Positions 14,501 to 28,132 are shown, numbered from the stretch's first letter. The stretch: DNA of 64,000 nt from Scenedesmus sp. PABB004 (GCA_014905635.1 JABVCE010000017.1:682001-746000); one strand, 5' to 3'. Made by a program: numbers and translations. The notes: generated from the letters alone by a model not told the origin.

Positions 14501-17417
14501 GACCTCCTGCCGCGGTGCGTGTGCGGGCGCGGCGGCGGCGGTGGTGGCGGTGGCGGCGGTGGATGGCGGGCGGGGGCGCGGCGGGGGCGCGTGTGTGTGT
14601 GTGGGAGGGTGTGGGAGGGTGTGTGGGGGGGGGGGGGGGGGGGTGGCGGGGGCGGGAGCCCGGGCGCGGCGGCAGGGGAGGAGCGCGGCAGGCAGGCAGG
14701 CGCAGGCGGCGCACGCCCCGCTGCTGACGGGCGCGTGCCGCGCCGCTCCGCGCGCCGCGCGCCGCCGGTCTCTCCTCCTAAACCCTGCGCGGTCTCTGCT
14801 CCTAAACCCTACACCCTAAACCCTCAGGTACCTTACCTTCCTGCGCGGCGTGGTGGACAGCGACAGCCTGCCGCTCAACGTCAACCGCGAGATGCTGCAG
14901 GTGCGGTGCGGCGGGGCGGGCAGGGCGCCGCCGCGACGCGCGCGCACGCTCGTGCAGATTGGGTTTGGTTTCTAAGGTTGGGAGCCTTTCAACACCCTGC
15001 TGCTGAGCGCGCCGCCGCTGCCGCCTGTGCCTCGGCCCTGAACCCTGGACCCGCAGCACCACACGAGCCTGAAGACCATCAAGAAGAAGCTCGTGCGCAA
15101 GGCGCTCGACGCGATCAAAAAGATGGCCGACGACGAGGCAGCCTGCGCAAAGCGCAAGCCCGGGGCCGACGCCGACGACGACGGCCCCGACGAGGAGGCG
15201 TGCAAGGCGTTTGGCACGCTCTGGAAGGCGCGGCGGCGGCGCGCGGCGGCGGTTTGGGCGCGGCGGCAGCGCGCGGCGGCGGCGCGCGGCGGCGGTTTGG
15301 GCGCGGCGGCGCGCGGCTCGCCGCGCGCGCCGCGCTGAGACGGCGGCGACCGCGCGTTGCCCCGCGCCGCGCAGGAGTTTGGCCGCGCGCTGAAGCTCGG
15401 CATTCTGGAGGACGACAACAACAGGCGCGGCGCAGCGCGGCGCGCGCCCGGCTGGCTGGCAGACGCTGGGGCTGCGGCTGCGGCGCGCGCAGCCCGCGCC
15501 GCCGTCGCCGCCCACGCGCGCCCCGCGCGCCTCGCGCCGCCGCGCCGCAGGGGCCGGCTCGCCAAGCTGCTGCGCTTCCACACCAGCAAGTCGCCCGACA
15601 AGCTGACCAGCCTGCCCGAGTACGTGTCGCGCATGCGCCCCGGGCAGAAGGCCATCTACTGGATCGGCGGCGCCTCGCAGGAGGAGGTCGCGGCGTCGCC
15701 GTTTGCGGAGAAGCTCGTCGAGCAGGCGCGGCGGCGGCGCGCTCACGCGGCGCGGCGCGCTGACGCGGCAGCGCCGCGCCCCGCCGGCCCCGCGCCCGCC
15801 CCGCCCACCTCCTCCGCTCCCTGCACCCTAAACCCTTGCCCCTCCTCCCCCCCCCCCCAACACACACACACACACACACACAAAACCCTAAACCCAGGGC
15901 TACGAGGTCGTGTACCTCACCGACGTGCTGGACGAGTACCTCATGCAGGCGCTGCCCGAGTTCGAGGACAGCAAGTTCGTCAACATCGCCAAGGAGGACG
16001 TCGACGTCGCGCCCGAGGCGGAGGGCGAGGTGCGGCGCGCGCGCGGCCGCGACGTGTGTGTGGCGTGGGTGTGTGGGTGTGTGTGTGGGGGGGGGGGGGG
16101 ATGCGGCGGCGAGCGCGGCGGTGGGGCGCTGGCGGGGCGCGAGAGAGTGCGGGAGCGCGCCGCTCTGCCCATCGAGCTCTCCTCTGCAAACGCCGCGCCG
16201 CGCAGGACAAGGAGGCCGCGGCCAAGGCGAAGAAGGCGGCGGCCAAGGCGCTCAAGGCGGCATACAAGCCGCTCACGTCGTGGTGGAAGGAGCAGCTCGG
16301 CCCCCGGGTCGCGGGCGTGCGCCTGAGCAGCCGGCTCGCGTCGACGCCATGCATCGTCGTGGCCGCCAAGTACGGGCTGTCGGCCAACATGGAGCGCATC
16401 ATGAAGGCCTCGGTGCGCTTTTGACACACGCCGCTGCCGCCGCTGCCGCTGCCGCCGCCGCCGCTGCTGCCAGCGTGCATGCCGCTGCTGCCGCTGCTGC
16501 CGCTGCTGCCGCTGCTGCCAGCGTGCATGCAGCTGCTGATGCCGCCGCTGCTGCCGCTGCTGCCGCTGCTGCCGCTGCTGCTGCCAGCGCGCCGCTGCCA
16601 GCGCGACGCCGCCGCCTCACTCGCCGCGCTGCGGCCGCCGGCGCGGGCGCGCAGGCGTTTGGCGACCCCGCGCGCGCGACCGCAATGCGCGGGCAGCGCA
16701 CGCTGGAGCTCAACCCCGACCACCCCCTGATTGCTGGGCTCAAGGACAAGGTCGTGGCAGACCCCGACGACGACGCCGCAAAGGTGCCACGGCCGCGCCG
16801 CCGGGCGCCGCGCGCGCCGGGCGCCGCGCGCGCCGGGGCGGGGGGCAGGGGCGTCTGCGCGCGCGCGCCGCGGCCGTGGATGCGCTAGGCTCACGCGCCG
16901 CGCCCGCCGGCGCGCGCGTGCCGTGCTGCCGCGTGCCGCCGCAGGCCGCCGCGGTGCTGCTGTATGAGACGGCGCTGCTGGAGAGCGGCTTCGAGCCGGA
17001 CGACCCCAAGGTGCGCGCGCGCGCATGTGTGTGCGTGTTTGTGTGTGTGCGGGGGGCAGCTGCCCGCTGCGGGGGCTGCTGGGGGGCCGGCCGTCCCGGC
17101 TGGGCCGCCGCCGCCGACGCGCGCGCCGCGCTGCCCTTAACCCTGCCGCGCCCCTAAACCCTGCCGCGCCAGGGCTTCTCGCGGCGCATGTATGCGCTCA
17201 TGCGCGACCGGCTGGGCATCGAGGGCGACGCGCCCGCCGGCGGCGCCGCGGCCGGCGGCGCCGACGAGGAGGCCGAGGACGGCGACGAGCCGGCCGCGCC
17301 CGCGCCGGCGGCCTCGTCCGCGCGCGCGCGCGCGCCAAGGCCAAGGCCGCGGAGGCCGCGGCCTCGGCGGACGCGGAGGAGGAGGAGGATGAGGTGGCGG
17401 ACAAGGACGAGCTGTGA
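11548..17417 (+). CDS. HSP90B: ER HSP90 (endoplasmin/GRP94)
   Basis: Signal peptide [116 protein letters not shown]-terminal KDEL-stop at 17415-17417. About 18 introns; one apparent frameshift at ~17320-17333. Confidence 0.97.
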
Positions 17418-18374
17418 GGGCGGGCGGGGCGCCCAACGGGGGCGCCGCCCCGCGCAGCGGCCGGCGGCCGGGCGCGGCTTGCGTGAGCCGCGCGCCCGAG
17501 CCGCGGCGGCGGGCGAGCGGCGCGGGGCGGGGCGGGGCGGCGCGTGCGCGACCGGCTGCGTGAGAGGGGCGGCGGGCGAGCGTCGGACGGCAGCGGCGGC
17601 GGCGGGCGCTCGCGGGAGCGCGCCAGCTTTGCTGCAGCCCTGCCGGGCGGGCGGGGGCGGAGAAGGGATTGCCGGGGGTCTCCGCTGAAGAGATGAGGAG
17701 AAGGAGAACGTGCGTGCCTGGCAGGCAGGCACAAAGAGTTTAGCCGGTGTGTGCGCTCGCTGCAACGGCGCGGCGCGAGGTCTGGGCCTGGTCAGCAGCC
17801 TGCGGGGGCGGCGCCGCCGGCGGCCAGCCGGCGCGTTACAGCCGACGATCAGAGGGGGGCTGTGCGAGCAGGCCTGCTCACAAAGCGCTGCGCTCGAACC
17901 CGATGCCGTGCAAAGGAAGAGAGGGGGCACGGGGTGGTGGCAGTGCGTGGCGGCCAGGAACCGCGCGCGCTCACACGCACGCGCGGACAGGCCATGCCGT
18001 GGCGGCGGCGCGGGCGAGCGCCGCCGCAGCTGGCTGCGAGGGGTGATGATGACGCGGCGCCGGAGAGTGCTGAGACAGAGAGACAAAAAAGGCAAGCCGC
18101 GGGGGCCCGCAGAGCCGGGCCTGCCGCCGGCGTCCCGTTTCACAGCGCAGCGCCGCAGTGACTCACCGTGACCACCACCCCCCGTCCCACACGCACGCAG
18201 TGCAGAGTGCTCAGTCAACGCCTGCGCCGCCTGCTTGTTGCAGCAGCCGGCCCCCCCCCGCCCCCGTCCCCCGCCCACGCACGGTCGGGGGTTGCAGTCC
18301 TGCCTCGCCCGGTCATCCGCCGCACCCCCCACCCGAGGGTGGCGCAGGCCTGCGCGCCCGCCACCGGCTCACGA

Positions 18375-21300
18375 TCACACCGCGGCGATGCCGCTGCCGG
18401 CGCCGCCGAGCGCGCCGCCCGCGAGGCGCGCCGCGGCCGCGCCGAGCTCGGGCTGCGCGCGCAGCTCGCTGCCGATCGCGCCGGGCGCGAGCACGCGCGG
18501 CCGCGGCGCGGGCGCGGCGTCGCCGCCCTGCGCGGCCGGCGCCGGCGCGGCCGCGCCCGGGGCGAGGTACGCCGCGCTCGGCGCCGACACGGTCGGCGCG
18601 GCGCCGGGCGGGTATGTGCAGAGCAGGCCCGCCTCGACGTCGTAGTCGCACACGGTGCCGGGCGGCACGCGCACGCGGGGGTGGGGCTCCTCCAGGAGGT
18701 CAATCACCACGTGCACGCGCTCCACGGGGCTCAGGTTGCTGACCTGCGGCGGCGGCGGCGGGGCGGGAGTCGGACGGTCAGTCGGCCGCCCCCCGCGCGC
18801 GCAGGCGTCGCTGCGGGGCGCGCGACCGCCGTCGGGGGCGCCGGGCCGCGCCGCCCAAACCCTGGCCAGCGCGCAGGCGCTGGCTGACCTTGTGCGCGGC
18901 GCGGTTGTTGAGCTCGAATGCAAAGCCCTCCACCGTGGGAATCTTAAAGCACTCCTGGATGTCGAGCGTGCGCTGCGCCTCGCCGGGGCCGGGCGTGTGG
19001 GAGGGGTCGGGGACGTAGCGGTGGGGGCAGACGTCGAACGACACCTGCGGCGCGGCGCGGCGCGTGCGCGCGCGTGCGAGCGGCGGCGGCGGGGTGGGCG
19101 CGCGTGAGCGGGGGCAAGGCCCGGGCGGCGCTCGAGTCATTTCATAGGCGATCGACGGTTCAACGCTGCAGGGCGCAGGGGTTTAGGGTTGAGGTCAGGC
19201 TCGGGGTGCCCCCCCCCCCCGCCCGCGCCTCACCTCGGGGTGGGTGAAGACGGGGATGTGCAGGCGGTGCCCCCGGATCGCGTAGCCGCCGCTGTCGACG
19301 TGGATCTTGATGTCGCTCACGCCCGGCTTCATGAGCGCGAGCTGCAGGCGGATGATGTGCTGCATGTCGCGCCGCCCCAGCAGCTGCGCGGCGCGAGGGC
19401 GTGTGTGGGCAGGCGGGGGCGGGGAGGGTTTAGGGTTTAGGGTGTGTGTGTGTGTGGGTGGGCAGGCGTGGGTGGGTGTGTGAGGGTGCGCGCGTGTGCG
19501 TGTCGGGGGCATCAGCGGGGCGGGAGACGCGCGGCGCGGCGCGCGCGCAATCAGTGTGCGGCGTGCGCGGGCGCGCCCCAGGCCCTACGCCCCACCTCCT
19601 CGAGCAGCGGCTCGAGCGCGGGCGCAAAGTAGTCGTACGCGGGGAACTCATACACGGGGCCGCTGCCGTCGTTGGCGCTGAACAGCAGCACGATGCCCTC
19701 CACGCCTGGGGAGGGGGTTGGGTGCGCGGGGTTGCGCGGGGGCGTGTGCGAGGGAGGAGGGGTTTAGTCAGGGTTGTGCCGAGGCTTCAGTGGCGGCGGC
19801 GCCAGTGGGAAAGGGGGGGGGGCAGAGAGGCAGGCACGGCGGTGCGGCGCGGTGCGGCGCGCACCCGGCTTGAACGCGTTTTGGTTGCCCTCGCGCCCCG
19901 CCATGACGGCGGAGTGCACCGCCTGGTACTCGTGCGTCCACGCCTCGGCCGGCAGCGCGCCGACGGCGGCCTGGAGGGCGGTGATGTTGAGGTTGAGGAG
20001 GGGGAGCTGCAGCCCCGCGTCCCACGCGCGCTTGGTGGCCTTGGCCGCAGCGTCGAGGTAGGGCAGGCCAGACGACCAGTAGCCGCCGACCTGTCGGTTG
20101 GTGGGTGTGGATGGGTGGGCGGGTGGGTGGGTGGGTGGGTGGGTGGGTGGGTGGGTGGGTGGGTGGGTGGGTGGGTGGGTGGGAGGGAGGGTGGGTGGGT
20201 GGGTGGGTGGGTGGGTGGGTGGGTGGGTGGGTGGGGGCGTGGATGCGTAAGCAGGAGGGAGGGAGGCCCCAGTTCAGTGCAACGCCCGCCGTGCACGTGT
20301 GGGGGGTGCTCGCCGCGCGCTGCCCCCCGTCTTGCCCCCGCCGCCGCGCCGCCGCGCCGCGCCGCCGCCGCGCCTTGGCCGGGTAGCCGAGCTCCGCCAG
20401 GCTCGCCATCGCGGCCGCGACCTCGGGGCTCGCGTGGTGCCGGGCCACGCTGTCGGTCTCGGGGCGCCCCGTGTAACTGGGCAGGTAGGTGGACCCCGCG
20501 GACAGGTGCGGCGCGCCGACGATGTTCAGCAGGCCCGCGGTCGGCACCTGGCGGGGCCGGCCGGCCGGCCGGGGCCGCGCGTGGGTTTGAGTTGAGGTTT
20601 AGTTCAGGCAACGCGCGGGCTGCGGGCCGCTGGGAGGCCTGAGCCCGCCGGCGCCCCGGCGGCGGCGCGCGGCGCGCGGCGCGCGGCGGCCGGGCCGGGC
20701 CGGGCGGCGGCCGGCGCGGCGCGGCGCGGCTCACGCTGCGGCGCCAGAGGAGGCGCCCCGAGATGAGGTCAAACGCGGCGAGGTCGTTGTTTGAGGTGGG
20801 GTCGTCGCGCGCGGAGCGGGGGGCCCAGGGGCTGATGCCAAAGTAGGCGATGTCGTCGACGACGGCGAGGCCCTTGAGGAAACTGCGGGGTTTAGGGCGG
20901 CGGGCGGCGGGCGAGGGTTTAGGCGGGCGAGGGCTTAGGCGGGCAAGGGCTTAGGTGAGCGGGCGAGCGAGGCGACGCCGGAGCGCCCGCGCAGCAGGCG
21001 ACCGGGGGCAGCCGCGCGGCGCGCGGCGCGCCGCTCACACTCCCTCCTCGGGCGCCTTCCAGAGCTGGTGGAGCTTGAACCCCGCGCCCGGCACCGCGGC
21101 GCCGGTGAGGTCGAGCGCGACGAGCGCGCCGCTGTCCGAGTCGAGCAGCAGATACGCGCCCTGCCAGGGCACCAGCCCGTGCGCCTTGGTGCCCACGTGC
21201 TGCACGCGGCCGATGACGGCGTCGGCCGGCGGCCGCGGCGCGTCGACCGGCGCGACGCCGAGCGCGTGCGCCTGTGAGCGCGCGGCCTCGGCCGCCGTCC

Positions 21301-23119
21301 ACGCGGCGAGGTCGGCGATGGGCGGCACGGCGGAGACGTTGACACGCACGATGTCGCTCTGCGATTTTTGTGCGCGCGGGAGGGGGGGGGGGTGCACGCG
21401 CGCTCGGTGCCTCAGCAGACGCCCGCTGCGCGGGCGCGCAGGCGCGGCGCCGCGCCAGCCCCGCGGCGCGGGCGCGCGGGCGCGCGGCGCGGCGCCCGCC
21501 CGCGGCGCCCGCCCCGGGCGTGTGCGGCGGCGCCGCACCTCGCCGAGGTTGTGCAGGACGACAAGGAAGTTGTCCGGCGCAAGCGGCGCGAGCGTGTTGG
21601 GGTGGTCGCGCAGGCTGAACAGCTCCATCGACCGCACCTGGCCGCGCGCGGCGCAGCGTGGCGCGGCGCGGCGGCGGCGGGCCGGCCGGCGGCGGTGGGT
21701 TCAGGGGGGCGCGGCGCGGCGCGGCGGCGGCGGCCCGGGCGCCGGCGCAGGGTGCCAGGGTTTAGGCTCCCTCACGCCCCGCCCAAAGCCCGCCCCAGAA
21801 AACCCCAGAACCCCCTCAAAGCGCACCGGGGTCATGTCTGGGAAGGAGAGCTGCAGCACGCGGCCGTTGCCGGTGTCGCACACAAACACGCTGTCGCCGG
21901 AGCGCACGACGTCGTGCGTGAACCGCGACGGCAGCGCGACGCGCCGCAGCTCCACGCCTGCGCGCACGCGCGCCGCGCGCGGCGGCGGCGGCGCCGTCGG
22001 CGGCGCGGCGGCGCGTGCGCGGCGCGGCGCGCAGCGCGCCCCACCGCCCCCTGCCGCCGCGCCGCCGCCGCCGCCAGCCCCTGAACCGCTCGTCCTCCCC
22101 CCGGAGGCCCCTAAACCCTGCCCTGCTCCCCCAAACCCTCCCCCACCGCACCGGTGACCATGTCCAGCTCGACCAGGTACTCCGCCGACGTCGCGGGGCG
22201 CCAGTTGTGGGGGCGGATCGCCGTCCACACGCTGCTCGGCGGGCTGCCGGCGCCGGGGAACATGCCGTAGTGCACGCCCTGTGCCGCGCGCGGGGGTTGA
22301 GAGGGTCAAAGGCTCAGGGTTCAGGGCTGACCGTCGGCGCGCGCACGCTGGTGGCGGGCCCGGACCCCCCGCCGGGCCCCGCGCTCGCGCCGCGCGGCCC
22401 CGCCGCCGCTGGGCTCGCCGCCGGCGGCGGCGCACCTCGCCCTCGTGCAGCAGGAGCGTCTCGTGGGTGTCCGGGAAGTACCACATCAGGCGGGAGTGGC
22501 TCGCGAGCAGCAGCCGGTTGCGGGGCAGCGCCGCGGCGGCGGCCGCGGCGGCGGCGCGCTCCGGCGCTGCGCCGTCGGCCGCGGGCGCGCGCGCCTGCTG
22601 CGCGGGCACGCTGAACGACGCGGGCGGGCCGGAGTCGGCGAGGCGCTCCACCAGGGCGGGCTGGCGCTCGCCCGCCGGCGGCGCCAGCGGCGCGGGCTCG
22701 TCGGGCACGGGCGCCGCGGTCGTCGCCGCCGTCGTCGCCTGCGGCTCGCTGGCCGCCGCCGCGTGCGCCGACGCGACATGCGCGCGCAGCGCCGCCTGCT
22801 GCGCCGCGCTGGGCTGCTCCAGCGGCGCCGCGGGGCGCTGCTCCGGCGAGGTCACCGGCGGCGCCGCGGGCGCCGGCGGCGGCGTGACCGCGCGCGGCAG
22901 CGCGGCGGCGCGCATGCGCTCCACGTGCAGCATGCCCGCGCCCGCCAGCGCCGCTGCCACGAGGAAGAGGGCGAGTCCGGCGAGCTTGAGGCGGCCGCCT
23001 GCCGCCCGGGGCTCCTCGCGCGGCGCGGGTCGGCGCCCCGACGAGCTGGGGCGCAGCCCGCCCCCGCTGGCGCGCGCCGAGACGCGGCGCTCCTTGAGCT
23101 GCGACGCCGAGGGCCGCAT
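18375..23119 (-). CDS. Type II membrane protein with a propeller-like region and a C-terminal aspartyl/asparaginyl beta-hydroxylase-like (2OG-Fe(II)) domain
   Basis: ATG 23119; TM segment LAGLALFLVAAALAGAGML; repeated propeller-like motifs (FTHDVVRSGDSVFVCDTGNGRV, KAHGLVPW, FLKGLAVVDDIAYFG); C-terminal IIRLQLALMKPG..IKIHVDSG..HRLHIP..FELNNRAAHKVSN..ERVHVVID, giving the HxD...H and R motifs. Confidence 0.75.
20110..20235. repeat. (GGGT)n intronic microsatellite
   Basis: About 30 tandem GGGT units. Confidence 0.95.
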
Positions 23120-24624
23120 GGCGACAGGGACACTCCCGAGAGCGTTGCGGGGCTGGTGCCGCGCCGCGAGGGGGCGCGGCGGGCACGTCTCCGCGCGCGC
23201 GACTGTTTCAGACCGCACGGGCTGGGGCGCCGCACAAAAGGCTTGAGAGCGCGCCAGATGCCTAGCTGAGGGAGCCTCCCACGCATGGCGCTTGCCGTCG
23301 AGCCTCGAGCTGCCGAGCTGACCACGTACTGGGCGGGCAACTGCTGGCGAGACGTGCCCGTAACAGCGGCCGCGTGCGGCCCGCGCGTGGGCCCGCAGCC
23401 GCGCCAACAGTGCTCCTGAGCTTAAAACGACCAGTTCCGCGTCCTGGAACGGCGGTCGCGGAGGCGGCGCGCGCCGCCACTCGCCGGCGCGCGCCGCTGC
23501 TGCCGCCGCACCCGACGCGGCGCCGGCCCTGCTGGCTGGGGCTCGTGGCTGGGCGTCGAGCTCAGAGCTGACCGCCACGGCAGTGGCGGCGGTGAGTCTG
23601 CGCACTCGCCGCCGGTGCCTGCTGCTGGTCGCGCCTGCCGCTCCAGCGCAGTGGGGGTCGGCACCGCTGCCGCCGGCGCGCTGGCGTCACTTGCAGCTGC
23701 CCCGGGCAAGCGGGCCCGCTTGCCCGCGACGCGTGGAAGCTGCTGGCAATGCCGTGCTGCAGCTGGCTGGCCGCCGCGTGTGGGCGCTGGCTGCGTGGAC
23801 TGACCACCCGGCCGCACGCCGGCGGGCGCTGACCCTGCAGCGCGGCAGTCGTGGCGCCAGGCCGGTGACCTCTGCGGCTGGCGGGCCCCCGCCAGCTGGC
23901 GAGGGCCCCGCCAGCACACCAGACGCAGCAGGCAGGTGGTGCGCGTCACCGCCGCGCCTGCACTCGCACACACAACCGTTGCAGCGCCTGCCCGTTTTTG
24001 CTTCCACACCTCCACACACCCCCACTGCGCCGCGCCGACTGGGAGCGCTCCGCCCCGTGTGCCGTCGCCTGCTCCCGGCGGTCAAAGCTTGCCCTGGAGA
24101 CCAAAACCATCCGAGAAACCTCAACCGAGCAGCACCGTCCCCCCGACCACCACACGCGGCACCCGCTGGTGGGGCACGCCGCAGCGGTCTCGCCGCCCGT
24201 GAATCGTTGTGCCCCTGCCACATCGCCCGTCCCCCCGGCCCTGCCACGACAGCGCACCACCTCGCGCGCAATGAGCATTTGAAGCTAGCTCGTTCTGATC
24301 TGCGCCTAGGCGCAGCAAAGGCTTAACTTGTCCTGCCCCAGGCGCCCGTCGTTGCTGCTTGCGCACAAGAAAAAGCGACCTGCGGCAGGCGCCGCGCGGG
24401 CGTTCTTGACCGGTCGCCGTACTCCCGAGCCGCCTGGTTTGTTGGTTGAGTCGCAGCACGTGGATGCTGGTGATAACTGCACAACAACGCGGTGCGTCGA
24501 TGAAAGCAACTGGCTACAAGTGCGTGGGAGAGGATGGGGTTGGAATACTTGCCTGCGGCGCGCAGGATGCGAGGGATGCAATGGCGTGCGCTTGAACACG
24601 GAAAAGCACCGTGCACACAGTCCT

Positions 24625-26680
24625 TCAATCAAGAGACACGAGCTTTGTCACCAGCGCGTGCGCGGCGGCGCCCACGGGCGTGCACGCCCGCGCTCGCAGG
24701 CCGGCGCCCCACGCCGCCAGCGCGTCGCTGCCCACCAGGGGCCCTTGCGCGCTGCCCAGCGTGCTCAGCAGGCCATCCAGCTCCAGGGCGAGCGCCTCCA
24801 GCAGCAGCAGCGCGGAGGCGCGTGTGGGGCGCATTCCCCCGCTCTGCGTGGCGGCGCCTGGCTGCGTGAACTGCAGCACCACCTGCCCCACCAGGCTGGT
24901 CGCCGCCACGTGGCACATGGCTGCCGTGGCGCCGTCTGCGCCAGCCGGCTCCGCCTGCCTGAGCTCGCGCAGCACCTGCACCATCTCCGACACCACAGGC
25001 GCCTCGGACTCCCCGCCCAGCAGCGCCACGTGCATGCGCAGCACGGCGTGCAGGCAGTGCTGCAGCACCAGCTGCGCAGACGCCACGGGCGTGGTGGGGC
25101 TGACGACCGCGGCGCCCCGGGCCTGCGCCGGTGCCATGACCGCGCCGGGACCAGCACCGCCGCCGGGGCTGCTCACCTGGGGCTGGCGGTTGAGCTGCGC
25201 CGGCCCCTGCAGCAGCGAAGTGCTGTTGTCCGTGGTGCCCCCGCTGCACATGCGCTCGAGGAGCTGCAGCTGCTGGCGCATCGTGCCCACGATAGCCCTG
25301 CCGCGCTCGTCAAGGCTGCCGTCCGCCGGGCGCTTCACGCCAGCGGAAGAGACCCCCTGCGTCAGCTGCTCCAGCTGCTGCTGCTGGCCCAGCGCTGCCT
25401 GCAGTGCTGCTGGCGCGGACGGCGTGCACTGCAGGTCCATGCTTGGCCACTGCGCCACGATCTCCTGCGGCTGCTGAGCCGGCACGCCGAGGCTCGCCCA
25501 GCCGCCGTCACTTGCAGCGGCCGTGCCAGCGGGGCCGACCGTCGTGCCCGAGCTGGAGCTCAGGCGCCCAGGGTTGCGCTCGCTGCCCAGGCTGGTGGTG
25601 CAGCTGGGGCTGGTGCTGCCCAGCTCCGTGCGCAGCTGCGGCACAGGCGGCTGCAGCGCCGACGCGCAGAGCCAGGCTTCCTGCACCTCTCCCAGCCCGC
25701 CAAAGGCTGCGAGCGGCGGCGGCGCCTCGCCGTCGCCAGGCCCCGCGCTGCCGGTCGGGACCAGCTCAAGCGCGTGCGCCAGGCCGCTGTCTGCCAATGC
25801 CGGCGCCGCCAGCTCCAGCTCTGTGCTGCCGGGCAGCTCTAGGTGCTCGCTGTCGAGCGGCGCCAGCAGCCCTGGCGTCGGCAGGGGCGTCGAGTCGCCC
25901 ACCATGCTCAGCAGGTGCTGGAAGTCTGCCTCATCCATCGCTGCTGCGTCTGTAAAGCCAGAGGTGCTGCTGCTCTGCGCAACGAGCAGCCCGCCGTGCG
26001 GCAGCACCGCGGGCGGCGGCGCGGCGTGGTAGGGCTGCGCTGCCGCCAGCCCCTGCGGTGCAGCCTGCAGCTGCGCCTGCAGCTGCGCCTGCAGCTGCGC
26101 CTGCAGCTGCGCCATCATCAGGCGCTCATGCTGGGGCGCCTGCGGCCGCGTGTGCGCGCGGCGCGCTGCCACGCTGATCTGGGCGAGGAAGGCCGTCAGC
26201 CGCTCGGCGACCTCGCGGTTGTCCAGCTGCTGGGTGCCCAGCGGGTAGTTGGTCCTCACGGCGCGCTTGACAGACTGCATGCTCACAGCGACCTGGTCGT
26301 ACGCGAGGCGCGCGCTGTGCAGGTCGGCGTACCTGCGGCGGCGGCGGCGGCGTGCTCAGGCGGTGCCGGCGCGTGCGGCAGCGCGTTCGAGCGGGCCCGC
26401 CGGCGCGCCCGGCAGCAGCATTCGCCTTGCCGCGTGTGCGCGCGGCGGTGGAGCGCGTGCGGGCCCGGCGCGGCCGCCCCACACGGCGGCGCGGGTGCCC
26501 GCCACCGCACCTGCCGACCTCAAGGACGCGGCCTCGGTGGTGGAAGCGGACGCGGTAGTTGCGGCCGTGCGGCCTGGGGTCCCAGCTCACGCCCAGGCCG
26601 AGGCGCCCGCCCGATGCCGAGGCCGAGGGCGCGGCGCCGCTTCCGCTGCATTCGTCCGTGCGCGCCGCGTCAGCGCTCAT
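24625..26680 (-). CDS. AP2/ERF-domain transcription factor
   Basis: Exons 26680-26511 and 26332-24625 splice to GVSWDPRPHGRNYRVRFHHRGRVLEVGRYADLHSARLAYDQVAVSMQSVKRAVRTNYPL, an AP2 pattern (GV...G.Y....A..AYD.....TNFP-like). Followed by Q-rich and acidic low-complexity sequence. Confidence 0.78.
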
Positions 26681-27425
26681 GCTAGACCTCGAAACGCTGC
26701 TGGCGGTGCGCCCAGGCGGGCTGCGTGCGGCAGCAGGCGCTGCTGCGAGCGATCTCCGTGTCCCGCCGCCGAAACACCGCCCTCGCCCGCTATTGATCCG
26801 CCTTGAGCTGCCTCACCGACCTCCACGGAACCGCGCGGCGGGGCTGTGCCGCCCGGGGCCGCAGCAGCCGAGGACGGCGCGGTGTGCGACCTAACACGAG
26901 CAGAGGCGGTGGCATGGGGAGCGAGAGAGGTGCCAGCGTGCGCGGCAGACGAACAGGCGGCGCTCCGCACGGGCGCGCAGCGTCCCAGGGCTCAGGCAGC
27001 CGGATCCGGCGCAGCTGCTCGCCAGGTGCCCGCCAGCTGCCCGGCGGCGGCCAAGCCCTCCGCCGCCGGCGGCGCCGCTGCCCCAGACCCCAGCCGGTCG
27101 CCTCGTGCTGCCACGCACCCCGGCGGACTGAAAGGCCGGCTGGCGTCACCGCCGGCAGTCAATGCCCGGCCCGCCGCACGCACGGGCAGCGCGGCGGCGC
27201 ACCAGCAGGCTCTGCTGGCAGCAGGGCAGCACAGAGGCATTCGTGGTGCCGGGGCGGCGCACTCCGCTGGCAGGCTACGTTACATGGCACGCCGAGCCGC
27301 GCGCGAGCGCCGCTGCGGCTTCAGCGCGCTGGGCCGCCGGCCCAGCGCCGCACGGCCTGCGCGCGCATGTGTCGCACGCGTGCAGTGCGCGCCCAGGGGC
27401 CACGCCGGCGCGCCTGGCAGGGCGC

Positions 27426-28132
27426 TCATTTGAGCCAGGGGATGCAGGCTTTGCCGTCCTTGACGGCGACGGCGTCGGCGGGAGCGGTGCCGTTGAAGAG
27501 GCGAGGGTTGGCACTGAGGAAGCGCGCCAGCGCCAGCTGCGAGTCGGCCGAGCGCGCGATGACGTCAACAGCAAGCTCGCCGGCGACCACCGGCACGCGC
27601 TCAGCGCAGCGCCGGCCACGGCAGCGGGGATCATCTGGCTTGCGATCACCGCAGCCGGTGCCACCCCTTCCGCCGGGGCCGCGGCCGCTGGGATCCGCGG
27701 CGCCGGTCACCGCCGCTCCGTTGTCGCCGCCGGCAGCCACCGCCAGGCGCCGGTGCAGCAGCACGAGCGGCTCTGCGGCCTGTCGGCGACGCGGCGGCGC
27801 GGTGGCGCGGCAGCAGCGTCAGGCACTCTGCGCGTGCCCACCTCGCGCCGGCGCGCGGGCTGAGCCTCAGCGCACCTGTGTTGCCGCGTCGCTCACGGCA
27901 ACCTGGTCGGCAGCGCCTGCGAGGCCGCCGCCGGCGCAGTGCGGCGCAGGGGCAAGGCGGTGAGTGGGATGCGCAGGGCGCGCGGTGCGACTGGCGCGCC
28001 GCCGGGGCCCCCGCCCGCCGCCGCACCGTTGCCGGCGCCGGCGCCGCGCAGCGTCGCGGCCGTGCAGGGCCCCAGCAGGACCGCCGTCAGAAGAACGCAC
28101 AGGCACTGCTGGGCGGCCTGCGGGCGCGCCAT
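27426..28132 (-). CDS. Small secreted protein with a degenerate C-terminal LysM-like domain
   Basis: Three exons in frame via GT-AG; signal MARPQAAQQCLCVLLTAVLLGPCTA; RRL motif; C-terminus CAERVPVVAGELAVDVIARS...LARFLSANPRLF...KDGKACIP resembles a Cys-bracketed LysM. Confidence 0.55.

Noticed and set aside
16430..16590. Repeat array with ccagcgtgcatgc interruptions, superficially CRISPR-like
   Set aside because: A degenerate (GCC/GCT)n microsatellite in a GRP94 intron; no unique spacers, no cas genes, eukaryotic context.
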